From the human T2T-CHM13v2.0 reference genome, Homo sapiens, in NCBI RefSeq assembly GCF_009914755.1, contig NC_060927.1: a stretch of DNA of 64,000 nucleotides, one strand, 5' to 3'. Positions 37,616 through 51,316 of the stretch are shown here, piece after piece. The notes beneath the pieces are model-generated. The model did no database searches and was not told where the DNA came from. It worked only from the letters and a program-made list of their open reading frames with translations. How positions within the stretch are numbered: the stretch's first letter is position 1; each line of letters begins with the position of its first letter. A program made the position numbers and the translations under genes.

Positions 37616-38197
37616 ATGTTTCTACCCCATTCGAATTGTTTGTGGTTCTGCATTTGCTATATTTTTAGTTTCTTCCAGCAAAGGGTAGTATGAAAAACTG
37701 ATTTTGAAATCATGTTAAAATGAAATATGTTTTAATTTGCATTAGCAGTTGGCTATAGAAAGATTATACTTTGAGAGCCCTTGTGAGGTTGAATATCAAC
37801 TTTCTATATTTGATCAATATCTTGCTATAAATTAGCTTGGCATATAAGCAGTGCAATGCCATATCTCAGCGGCAAAATGCAAAAGAACAGTTTTGTTCCC
37901 TCTTGCTGGCTGATGACTGAAGCAAGAAGTCAAAGCACTTTGCTTGCTGGAAGTAAGGTATAATGGTTTGCTCCAACAGCGAGGGGAATAGGAAGGCTCT
38001 TTGTAGGGTTAGGGATCAAACAACAACAATAAAAACCCAATAAAGTTTTTAAAATGATATCCCAATAAGAGGAATAAAAACGACAATTTGTACACTCTGA
38101 TTGCACTGAACATTTTATCTGGCGTCATGTGTCATCTGACAGGAGGCATCTTGAGTGATGATTTTCACATTAGATCTCATAAGCCTCTTGGTTGTCT

Positions 38198-38212
38198 TCA
38201 GCTTTCAGTTTC
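38198..38212 (-). CDS. ROBO1: ROBO1 terminal exon, coding part: GAA ACT GAA AGC TGA (ETES*)
   Basis: Acceptor tcttacag|GAAACTGAAAGCTGA completes the known C-terminus EELEETES. Confidence 0.95.
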   Translation of the reverse strand, partial: ETES

Positions 38213-39364
38213 CTGTAAGAGATACGTTATTGTCACATTTGAAAATAAATCTTAAGAGGATTGTGTTATATTTATTTATATGCATTTATTATTATTATAA
38301 TTTAATGTGTCTTTTCATTTATTCAATGGACTATGTTGGAAAGGGCTCATGTCAACTAATTCATTCATCAACCTTAATTGGTCTTCACAGCAAATTCAAC
38401 AAGTACCAAACTGGGTTCTGCACAGTGCCCCGGTGTTGCGTGGTGGGACACAGGGCTCTGAGAAGCGGGAAGGAATGTGTTGAGTTATCTAATCCCCTCA
38501 GCCCCAAGTCAACATTACAACTCTGCTTTTGTTGGTTTTAAATACTGGAGTTAACAGTAAGGCCATTCTGTTCCCCCAAAAGGCTACTTCTATTTTAAAA
38601 TAAACTAAGACCTGAAAAACAACTTCTCTGTTTGCAGGAGGAAAGTCTTTCTCATTCTAAACCTCAAAATCGAAATACATTGAGCTTTATAGGACTTTCA
38701 ATTAGACATAATGGCCTATACCTTTTCAGCTTCTACTATAAAAAGTTGTCATTTGACACGTATTTATCTACTTGAGTTTAACTATATTTATTAAAAAATT
38801 TTCCTCAACTTTTATTAAATTGAGAAAATACAATCTTTGAATGGGTGAGGGGAGAATTTATGATATGTCAAGGCTAACAAGAGAGTATATCTTTGACGTA
38901 AGAAGTTTCCTCCAACTGGGGAGGTCAGTGTCACAGACTAGGCATACACTTTCAGAAGTGTAAAGGTGAAGGACAGTTAGCCAAACCAGCCACATTACCC
39001 TGGTGCTGACTATGGCAACTTCCTCACTCACATCATATAACTCTGTCATCTTACTGGGTTTTTATAGCCTGCTACAATGCTATGAATTATAATAGCTCTA
39101 GATCAACAGCTCTTACTTCTTAACAATGTGTTTGCCATATATGTTTCTTATCTGAAAATCTGCAAATGAAGATAAACCCTAGCTAAACAAATAAACTGCC
39201 ATTAACATTTAAAACTTTGGGACACATTTCAAGAAAATTCTCAAATTCTCAGAACTTCAGTTTCTGCCATCATAGACATTAGAGTACTGAAAAGTTTGCA
39301 ATAAAACAGTAACATTTCTGTACACTGATGAAGGTTCCTAACTACATAAAACAACCACAGTCTA

Positions 39365-39631
<267 letters not shown>

Positions 39632-41365
39632 TCATACACTTTCACTGTATATTGTATCACTCCTGTCTATCTGTAATTCTGAATAAGGAAGCATCAGTGA
39701 TTTAAGGTATAAATGAGGACACTCTATAAGCATAATGAATAATGTAGCATAGTGTGTTGAAAATGAAAAGTATAAGCCTTGTTGTTTTCCTGTTAGTAGT
39801 CAGGGATTTGGATTGATTCCACTCATAAGCTCTTGTCCATCTCAAACTCACTACAGACCAATATCATTAAAAGAGGTAAACCAAACCTGGAGTCAGACTT
39901 GGCTTCCAATTCTGTCATTCACTATATGATCTCAGATTATTTTAGGCTTTAGTTTCTACTTTTCCAAAAAAAGTGATGATAACATCTATACCTAGAGGGT
40001 TTCTGTCAGGCCTCCGTTCACATGGACACGTGAGACAGTTTCTTAGTGTTGATATGAAAACAGATGAGATAATAAAATATCTACATAACTTATAAAATGT
40101 TATTATAAGGAATTGGTAAAAATCAAGCCCAGTCTCCTAGAAATATCAAACAGAACCAAGCCTGGTTTCACTCCACAGACACCAAAATATCAACCTCCAC
40201 GTCAATGTCCTATTTACATTGTGGAACTCTGAATCTTAGAAGCCTGCTATTGTTGCTAACTTCAATAAGCAAGCCACTCCAATTAATTTCTGTCTCCTGA
40301 ATTTCTACCTCCTTAACTGCTTGAAAATTTGGTGCTACTTCTACTGATGCATCAGCCAGCTGCTCACTTCTCTCCAAAGTCTGCCAACTCTGCCTTTTAG
40401 ATGACAAACACATAAATACCTAACTCTTTGGCATGCTTTTCCCCACCTCCCCCAAATGCTTCCTCTACTATTCACATTGCCTGAATGAAGCCTGATTTCC
40501 CTTGAAGTTCCCGCTGACGTTCTCTGTAGTGGAAGGGTAAGGCAGAAGGCTTGCCTCTAGCTCACCATCACCAGTTCTAAATTATTGCTCCTCTATCCTT
40601 GCACAAAAACATCTCCACCTCTGAGGCCCAAGCCATCGTTTTCTGAAGCCAGTATAGTCTTCCTTGATAGCGTCTTGTTCTTTCCATTCTACTCATCACA
40701 ACTTTCACCCCTAACCCACAGTTCTGACACATAGGAGTTTCACAGTCCATGAGGATGACTGTTTCTGCAGCTTCTCTTCATAACACTTGATACCATGTGA
40801 CCATCATCCTCTGTCTCTGTTTCATCAACAGCTTTCTCTCTACTGACTTTAGTTTTCTCAAACTACAATATGATAAAATCTCTCTCTTACTAAAAACTTT
40901 CCCCTTAAGACTGTGCTCTCCATGAAATCAACACCTTCTTTCTTTCCTCACCACTCAGCCAAGCTTCTTGAAAAGCAATTTGGATTCAATATTGATAGTC
41001 ACAATTCCCATTCATTCTGCATCCCACTGAAATCTATTTATGCCTACATCACTACTATGAAACTGAGAAAATTGATAATGCTAACCGTGTTTCCAGCCTT
41101 GTGTCCCTGGACTTCTTACTGCTCTTAATCAATGCAAATATTATTCTCTCAGCTGCTAGCTTTCCTTCCTCCCTGGTCAATCTTCTGTGAGCTCTTTTTA
41201 TGAAGCACCACAGATATGCTGATGCTCTACAGGTTTCTACTTTCAGCCTAATGTATATAATTCATATATATGTATAATATAATTATATATACGTTATACA
41301 TATATGTATGTATATCATTCATGTGTGTGAGTGTGTGTGTGTGTGTGTGTATATATATAGATGAA

Positions 41366-41796
41366 TGATATAGTTTGGATATTTGTCACTGCCCAAATCG
41401 CATGTTGAATTGTAATCCCCACTGTTGGAGGTGGGGCCAGGTGGGAGATGTCTGGATCATGGAGGCAGATACCTCATGGATCGCTTGGGCCATCCCCTTG
41501 ATGATAGGTGAGCTCTTGCTCTGAGTTCACACAAGATCTGGTGGTTTAAAAGTATGTGGCACCTCCATCCCACTCTCTCTCTCTCTTGCTCCTGCTTTCA
41601 CCATGTGATGTGCCTACTCCGCCTTCACCTTCCACCATGATTCTAAGCTTCCTGAGGTCTCCTCAGAAGCCAAGCGGATGTCAACACCATGTTTCCTATA
41701 AAGGCTGCAGAACACTTAGCCAATTAAATCTCTTTCTTTTATAAATTACCCAGTCTCAGGTTTTTCTTTACAGAAATGCAAGAATGGCTTAATACT
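41366..41796 (+). mobile_element. MSTB-like MaLR solo LTR
   Basis: tgatatagtttggatatttgtc...ataaattacccagtctcagg...cttaatac. Confidence 0.85.
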
Positions 41797-43312
41797 ACAT
41801 ATATATTATTTCTTCTACTGACCCTAGGTGATTTTACCCAGTCTCACAGATTATAACCCTTTCTAAAATATAACTGTCATAAGGGGAGGTATTTTGTATG
41901 CTTTGCGTGCTGATATACTTTCATCTTGACCTGTAACACGTCATTAATACATTGTTTTACATTATTTTCATCATGCTGAATCATTAATTTATATTTTTAA
42001 TTCCTAAACTATGCCCCAAACCTTAGGCTCCTATAGGCACCCCAGCTGAACCCCTACTCTTACATGTTCCTCAAACTCAACCTGTTGAACATTGACCTCA
42101 CAATGCTCACTCCCTTAGATATCTTCCTTTGCTACATTCTCTAAGACAGTGAATGACATCACTAATCATTAAGATACGCAAGACAGAATATTGAAATTAT
42201 TATAGATTCTTCCCTTTCAACAACCTTTCCATACATCTTAAGTGTATCCTTTCCACATGGTCCAACATACAACAAGTAAGTTTGATTTTGACTCTAAAAA
42301 GTTTCTTGGATTTTCTGAGTCACCCATTCTTGCTCCTATAACATGGTTTATATTTTCTACATTTCTTGTCTGGGGGTTGCACACATCTTCAAACATCCTT
42401 GAGCTATTCCCCTCTAAACTGTCTTCACTCAGCCACTTTCCTCTTATAAAATATCTATAGGCTTTTTATGACTTAAGCCTTCATGTACCTCAAGAGCTTC
42501 ATCTTTGACCACTTTTATTATGTAGTAGTACTGAATTTCTTACAGTTCCCTCAATAGACCTTCGGGCTTTTTATGCAGATTATCCACCTAAATAAATCCT
42601 CTTTTCTTAGGAAAGAGATCTTTCCTAACATTCTCTCAGAGTCCTGAGTGAATTCTCTCTCTTCTGGACTCTCAAGTATCATGGCACTATGAAGGTTATA
42701 CTGAACACAAAAATATCTATGAATTTATAGATTATCTGTCCCTCTCTCCCTGACTACAAGCCCCTTGAAGTCAAGGTTTATGCTTATACATAAATCTCAG
42801 GATTTAATACAATGCTTAATAACACAGTAGGTGTTTGATATATGTAGAAATAAATTGAACTAACGGAGGCAAATGTCAGCAAAATGATCAGAAATTCAAG
42901 TCCAAAAGACCACTCTCCTTAATGAAAAATAATCATTCATTATACACATAAATCAGGATACCTTTTTCACTATAAACAATGTAAACTGAATTATGAAGGT
43001 GAAAATTACAGCAATGCATAAAAATGATCACTTAATGGCATATATACATAGGGTTATGATCCAAATAAAAATTTGGAAAAGCAGAGCATATAAAATAATA
43101 ACTCATCAGTGTACCTCAGTGATTTCCATGATTCCATGGGTTCCTTGTTTCTAGACTAATGGTCTAGTCTTACTTCGTTTGTTACAAATATTTTATAGCA
43201 GAAAGGACAACTTACTAAATTTCTGAAGATTGATTTTAAAAATTTTATCTCTGTTTTCTAAATCTGCATACAAGATATTTTCAGGTTTGTAAAATTTCCT
43301 TCTGAAGAATAA

Positions 43313-43651
<339 letters not shown>

Positions 43652-44628
43652 AACTTTTAATGAAGCCTTCTTATAAGCAGGAATTGCTCCATACTTTCTG
43701 GCCAGATATAAACCTCGCAATTTACATCATCACATTCTATTTATGAATCACTATTTGGAGTCGAGTCACACTGAGTCAAAAGTTCAGAGCCAGATCAACT
43801 TTGGGTTAACTGAGAAAAATAAGTAAGTTTTTCAAGCTTTGGATTGTGGTGATATTATCAAGGACATTGTGGTCACACAATAGAGGCATCAGCCTGAAAT
43901 GCACAGCTTTATTTATCACCTCACTTGTGAGTCTATGCCTGGATTAGGAGTTCATGCTGCAGTCACAGAACAAAGAGAAACTGCCCTCTGTGTTGAAAAG
44001 AAGTTAGCTAATGACCAGATGTCCATAATAAATACAACAATACACTGAGGTCAGATCTTACCACAATATATCTATTAAAATACAGTAGTTAAGTGCCCCT
44101 GTAGGTTTTTAAGTTTCATTCCCCTATCACTCTTTGCTGATTCCTCAACTAATAATCTTCCATTTCTTGTGTTTCTTCCTCCTACATGGTTTCTTCTCTT
44201 TAGTCTATAATAATGTTCAAATCCACAATCCTAAAACATTTCCACTGATTTGGCCTTTCTGTCAAACTCTATCCCAAGATTTCCTCCTCATCCCAAACTT
44301 CCAGAAAGAGCTTACTTGTGCTCATCACCTCCCTTCCAAAATTTCCATTCACTTTCCAACTCCATACAGGCTGGCTTTTATTCTAACCCACAAAAAACAT
44401 ATTGCAAGATCCCTTTTTTCCTCGCTTGGTTTACATTCAACTTTCACCACTGTGGTATTTTATATGCCTTCCTGTCTGAAAATTTCCCACCCCATTCTTT
44501 ATAGGACACTATTTTCAATAGCTTGGATATCTTGATTATTAAATCTCTGGGTCGGTCAATCTGTTTCCTTAATAGGATGTTGATTATCTTGATTATCTGC
44601 CTACTCTCTAAGTATAATCATCCTGGAC

Positions 44629-44828
44629 TAGTGGTGTGTTGGAGCAGGCTCAATATTTCACAATAGCTGAATATATTCATCTCTTCCTACCTCCACATTC
44701 AGTGACTTGAAATTGGCAATTTTGAGAGTATTCATACAACAGAAGTAAGCAAATGGCTACAAATTAGGGTTTGGTTTTGTTTTCTTCCTGGATAGCTGAT
44801 TGATAAATAGTTACCGGCATTATCTCTG
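44629..44828 (-). mobile_element. MER63-like hAT DNA transposon remnant
   Basis: tagtggtgtgttggagc...cttgaaattggc...gctacaaattaggg...ttaccggca. Confidence 0.6.
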
Positions 44829-45486
44829 CTGAAATTCAGACTTTGTCATTCACATAATTATCACCTCTGTGTTGTGGGTTCTAAAATCCACTCTGTCCTC
44901 ACAACCTTTCTCCTCACCTTTAAACCTAATTCTCTAAATTTTCGTTGGATTTTTTACTATCTGTGTTCTTGTTGGCATTTTAATCCATTCAAAACTGCAA
45001 TAATTTTCCCCATGAAATTTAACATTTTCCCTGTTCTTTATTTTATTTTTTTTACATTGGTTAATACAATCATGTTTCACTGGTCATTCAGGGCCACCTA
45101 GTCAACCTATGAATAACTTTTTTTGTTTACTCTATTATTTCAACTTACCTTTGAACATTCAATTAGCCACCAAGTCTTATTGGGCCACTCTCTGAAGTGT
45201 CTGTACAGGCTGATCCTTCCTGTTCTTCTGAGCTATTTTAATTCAGTGCTTTCATATTTTATACTTAGAGTGTTACTGTAATGTTTCTGACACCTTCATC
45301 TACTGGTTTCCAGTCTCTTCCTTCACTGTATAGTGCTGCCAGTTATTTTTCTAAAACACATATCTGATTATGTCATTTCTCACTCAGAATTACTTGTTGG
45401 CTCACAAATGCCCTTGTTATAAATCTCAAACCCTTCAGAATAGTATCCCTGGCCTTTGCAACTTGGCCTAACCACCTTTCTAGTTT

Positions 45487-45650
45487 TATTTTTCACCCAG
45501 GCTACAGAACAGTTGTGTGATCTCAGCTGACTGCAGTCTTGACCTCCTGGGTGCAAGCCATCCTCCCATCTCAGCCTCCCGAGTAACTAGGACTAGAGGC
45601 ATGTGCCAATATGCCCAGCTAATTTTTGTATTTTTTGTAAAGATGGTCTC
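45487..45650 (-). mobile_element. Alu right-arm fragment (AluJ/FRAM-like)
   Basis: cacccaggctacag...ctcagcctcccgagtaactaggact...aatttttgtattttttgta. Confidence 0.85.
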
Positions 45651-45980
45651 TGGCCCCAAATATTCAATTCTCCAGCCAAAGTGGAAACCATTGTTCACCA
45701 AACATTCATTTTCACACATTCATGTTCTTTTCTCAACCTATTTATTTTCCCCAATATCCCTTCTCCCTCTTTAACCTGTGGAAATCATGCTTTCCTTTAA
45801 AATCTAACTCAGTTGGCACCTCTCCAGGTGATGTTGAGTATAAAGGCATATACTGGAGTGAACTGTATTAAAATTATTCGAGTACATGCCTATCTCCTCC
45901 ACTGGAGAGCAAACTTCTTAATCTTACCACTTTTTACATGGCCATATAGAGCCTAACTGTATGCCTTGCAAACACACTCA

Positions 45981-46337
<357 letters not shown>

Positions 46338-46477
46338 TTAAAAATACTACTGTAAAAGTCTGCTGCTTATAAAATCATCAAACATTTGGATTATCATTGG
46401 AGCCACATTCACCTACGAGATACTATATCTTAGATGAACTAGAATACTTGAAGGTAACCAAGGAAAAATACCCACAA

Positions 46478-46795
46478 TTTTTTTAAATTTATGTTTATTT
46501 ATTTATTTATTCTGAGACAGGGTCTTACTCTGTCATTCAGGCTACAGTGCAGGTGCGCAGTCTCAGCTCACTGCAGCCTTGACCTCCTGGGTGCGAGCAA
46601 TCCTCCCACCTCAGCCTCCCGAGTAGCTAGGACTATAGGCATGCACCACCACACCTGGCTACGTTTTGTGTTTTTTGTAGAGATGGGGTTTTGCCATGTT
46701 GCCCAGGCTGGTCTCAAACTCCTGGACTCAAGTGATCTGTCCACCTTGGCTTCCTAAAGTGCTAGAACTACAGGTGTGAGCCACTGCACCCAGCC
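46478..46795 (-). mobile_element. Alu (AluJ-like)
   Basis: Full dimer about 150 bp upstream of the CC3-exon acceptor. Confidence 0.93.
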
Positions 46796-47299
46796 AAGAC
46801 CAACACTTTTAATGTACTCTTGTTATCTAGCACAGAACCATTGAATGACAAAGTTGGTACTTAGTGACATCTGCTCCTGGGATAGCTAACGCTGGGTATT
46901 TGTACTGTAACTTTCTCTCTCCCAAGTATGGTAGAGCTTCCTAATTGATTTCAGTATAACACTGCTAGTACCAGATGCATGCCTTTGCTCCTCAGAAAAT
47001 CACTGCAAATTGATTGAGGTGGTACTTGAGTTGAGACTTATTTGCCATCTCTAATCTAGCCTAAATCTCTTCTTATTTTGTAGAGAAGGAAGCTCAAATA
47101 TGTAGACCTTAAGCTACTGTGTCATCTCAAACCTAGATATAATCAGAACCAGGACTAACCAATGGTTCAGTGTTCTTTATATTACTACATTCAATTGCAT
47201 GTTTATAATCTACTATTCATTGATGGCATCTCACCATTGTGTTTACGTACCCAGAGGTTTTAAACCAGATAATCACTGGTATAAATATATGTTAATTTC

Positions 47300-47302
<3 letters not shown>

Positions 47303-47333
<31 letters not shown>
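47303..47333 (+). repeat. (CA)n microsatellite
   Basis: Visible directly. Confidence 0.95.
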
Positions 47334-47337
<4 letters not shown>

Positions 47338-47409
47338 ACTTCTAGTTGTAGTTACATCTTAAGTAATACATATTACATATAATGTAACTTATATAATTTA
47401 ATTTCTTCC

Positions 47410-47690
47410 CTTTTTTGGAGACAAAGTCTTGCTTTGTTGCCTAGGCTGGAGTGCAGTGGTGTGATCTCAGCTCACTGCAGCCTCTGTCTCCCATCAAGTG
47501 ATCCTCCCACCTCAGCCTCCTGAGAAACTGGGACTACATGCCACCACACCCGATTAACTTTTGTAGTTTTTGTAGAGACAGGGTTTCACTATGTTGCTCA
47601 GGCTGGTCTCGAACTCCTATGCTCAAGCCATCCACCTACTTTGATCTCCTAAAGCACTGGGATTACAGCTATGAGCCACCACACCCAGCC
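47410..47690 (-). mobile_element. Alu (AluJ-like)
   Basis: Diverged dimer; TSD tataatt(t/c)aattt. Confidence 0.9.
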
Positions 47691-50600
47691 TATAATTCAA
47701 TTTTGTATATCATAGATATACTTAAGAATGAAAGTAGTCATAAAATTTGATATCTAGAAAAAATTTTTTTAATCAGTGCTATCTTTAAAAATCATTCCTC
47801 CGGGGAGAAAGGAAATATGTATCCTAATATTATTTGGTAATTTAGTAGAAGAATAAGAGTAGATACTAAGTTTCGGTTATTCCGGCTGCAGTATGGGGAA
47901 TGTATTAACAAGAAAAGCTTCAATTCTGGAGGTCAAGAGATTATTATAATAACTCACATAATTAATGATAGGTGATAAAATGTTACTGGTGTCTGTTCAG
48001 ATGGAGAGGAAAAGATGTGTTTGAGATTAAGGCAGAAAAATCAATATTATTTCAGGATCAATGAAATACAGTACAGGGGTGGGGGGAGGAAGGAATCTAA
48101 GATGACTTTTAGGATTTTTGTCACAGTTGGCTCGGTGAATGAAAAGAACATCACTGAAGGTACAGAATGCAACAAAAGGGAGAGTTTGTGAAGGAAGACT
48201 GTAAGTTCAGTTTTAAAAAAGTGAATAGGAGGAGCCTTTGGAGTATCAAAATAGAAAGGTACAACAGGTATTTGTAAATAAAATCTGACTTTCAGGAGAG
48301 ATCAAAACCAGAGATACAGGGATTTTGGAATTATCAGCATAGCTATGTTTTTAAGTCATGTCTTTAGAAATGGTAACGTTTTCACATTTCTAGAATAATG
48401 TCTAGAATAAACTAAAACACATTCATAAAACATCTATTGCATGCTTAGTATTATAAAATTAGCCTTAAGATTTTAAATTAAAAAAATACAAATTTACATG
48501 GTAAAAAATTCAGTAGGAGTTTAAACTTGAAAGAACAACCTCCGTACCTCCCCACCTCCATTTCAAATCCCTAGTATTGACTATGCAGAGGTAATGGGCT
48601 TGAATGGTTTTCTATAGATCATTCCTGAAGTTGTTTATAAAGCAGGGCTGTCAAGTCTCATAACTGCAGGGAGCACCGTTCACATCAAGGACTATATAAA
48701 ATGGCCACACCTGGGATGACACAGAGTACCTGTCTTCCCATTCACATGTGGTGACCAGATAAAAAGGACCACACACACACAGAGACAGCCTTCCTTCTTT
48801 ACCAACATGAATGGATTGCGCTTTTTTCACCTAACCAGGTAGTTATACAGATTTCCATATGTGTACATAGGGCTTTACTCTTTTTTGGAAAAGTTTGCCT
48901 AATGTTATATTCTATGACTACATCACTATTTTTTAGCCAATCCCTATAGAGAAATATTCTGGTTGTTTCCAGATATTTTATTATTATTGACACTGGGCCA
49001 TTGACCATCATTTTCATGTATCAGCATGAGAAACTGTTAAATATTAAAATTGTGTTTTGAAGATTCTTAGTATAACAGCAAATTCATGGCCCTAAGAAGC
49101 ATCAGTTTTAACCTAGTATTTCTCATAATTACATATTTTTAAAAAATAAATGAAACTTTTTTGTTCCATAAATATACAATTTTTTGAAACTTATTTTCTT
49201 TTGGCATTATATGCTAAAGCTAAGGTGTTAGAATTCATTGTATTAGTTTTGAAAACAGACAGTCTGAGTTGCCATCTTAGTACCTACCAGCTGTTTTACT
49301 TAGGAATGATTATAAGAAGTGATCACACTTTTACTTGCATTCTTTTGTTAGTGGTTTTCATGGCTTACCATGTTCGAGTATCATATAAATAGACTCAACA
49401 GTTTAGCCAAAATGGTAGCCAATTATAGCCAATAGCACTAATTTTCCCTCTGATTTTATAAAATCAAGTTTTTTTGTCTTGCAAGATAGATCGACAGTGT
49501 CACAAGTGTGTTTTTCCTCCTTTGTCTACTACTTTAACAGATTTTTCAAAAAATAATACATAAAAATAACTACTATGATGTCCCCTCCCTTGATGTTACT
49601 TATTATTAAAGATAACCAAAAAGAGAGAGTTAGAAAACAGGCTGTATCAAGTAGCCTAAAGCCAAGGGACCCAAGGAAGAATGACTTTAAGTTCAGACTG
49701 AGCCTGGGATTGGCAACAAGGGGAAAAAAGTCTAATTCAGAACATACCACGAAGCAGAGAGAGTGAGTGACTGCAGGCTCATTTCTGCACTATCTGCTTG
49801 CTATAAACTTAAATTGGATTGCGAACACAGATTATCAGGAAGCTGATGACTGCCACTATCATCAAATCATAAAATGTCTGGGCCTTTAAGATATCAAAAC
49901 TGATGACTACCACTATCTTAACATCATACAAAGGCTTGGGAATATATGACTCATGAGACAAAATCTGTTACTAGATGTTCTAGATAGGTGTTATTTATAA
50001 CACAAGTTAAAAAGAGAAGAGAACCTGATGATAATTTAAAGAATTCTAACTTCCTATATATATTTGTCACTGTACCTAATTGACAATTAGAGAGGGAAAT
50101 GTTGACAGGTTTGATTTCTTATATAAACAGATTGCCAAATAAATTCTTTCTTAGGTATTACAAAATATCACCAAGCAGGGATATCTCTGCTTATGAGGCC
50201 AGGGATTATTATAGTATAAACAATCCCATATTCCACATAGTGATATATAGTGCTTTCACCCAATTTGTACCATGAGTAGTACAAATTGGATTTCACAAAT
50301 TGGATTGTGGACTTGTTTTGTATGTATGTGTGTAGACTTCATGTAATCTTATAAACACTCATTCTTTCTACAAGACTTTCCAAATAACAGTATAATGCAT
50401 GTAAAGTAACATATAAGAACATATGCATTCAGACAATTCTGCCAACATTAACCTGCTATAGAGATCCAGCACTCTATTTACTTGACCGCTTCAAGTCCTC
50501 AGACCTTGTAATTAATGATAAATCAAGTCAAAATAACATCATTCCAAAGAGGGTGGTGAATTTATAATTTATGAAAAGTAGGAATGGAGAAATAATGTAG

Positions 50601-50939
50601 ATTTGGTTTTTAAATCAACTATGTAAATGCATTAGAGAGGTTGAAGAGAGAGGATGGAAAGAATCTATTAGAAGGTCCTAGAAATGCACTTATTCCTGGC
50701 TTTTACTCAATAAGACTCTGGCTAATAAATATTCATATATCCTAATCCTACCCTTTATCTGGGTTCAACTTGTAAGAGGCAAATATGGAATAAATAAATC
50801 ATTAGATACCGCCTGTCAGCGTGACTGTAGCATGCAGCACTCTCCTTTGCATCGAGTTCTCCCTGCGTGCTTACGAGACCTTGGATTTGACCGCAGAGCA
50901 AGGTTTGGCCACAATGCCGGGTGTCAGGGGCTGGTGCAC

Positions 50940-51316
50940 TGTTATGGGCTGAATTGTGCCCCCTTAAAATTCAAATGTTGAAGTCCTAACCCCCAGTACC
51001 TCAGAATGTGACTGTATTTGGAGTCTTTAAAGAGGTAATGAAGTTAAAATGAGGTCACCGGGGTAGGTCCTAATCCATAACTGATGTCATTACAAGAGGA
51101 GATTAGGACACACACATACACTGGGGGAAGATCAGGTGAAGCACAGGGAGAAGATGGCCGTCTCCCAGCCAAGGAGAGAGGCCTCAGAAGAAACCACTCC
51201 TACTGACACCTTGATCTTAAACTTCTGGCTTCCAGAACTGTGAAGAAATAAATTTCTGTTTTTTAAGCCACCTGGTCTATGGTACTTTGTTATGGCGGCC
51301 CTAGCAAACTAATACA
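50940..51316 (+). mobile_element. MLT1B-like MaLR LTR
   Basis: tgttatgggctgaattgtgccccc...ccctagcaaactaataca. Confidence 0.87.

Larger units (their letters stand above)
36524..38197 (-). other. ROBO1: ROBO1 3' UTR (~1.67 kb)
   Basis: Repeat-free AU-rich stretch from the stop codon to an ATTAAA signal, a CA cleavage site and a downstream U/GU-rich element. Confidence 0.88.

Noticed and set aside
38155-38541. 128-aa + strand ORF overlapping the ROBO1 last exon (similar case at 44134-44535)
   Set aside because: Low-complexity hydrophobic translation of AT-rich intron with no recognisable homology or splice support.
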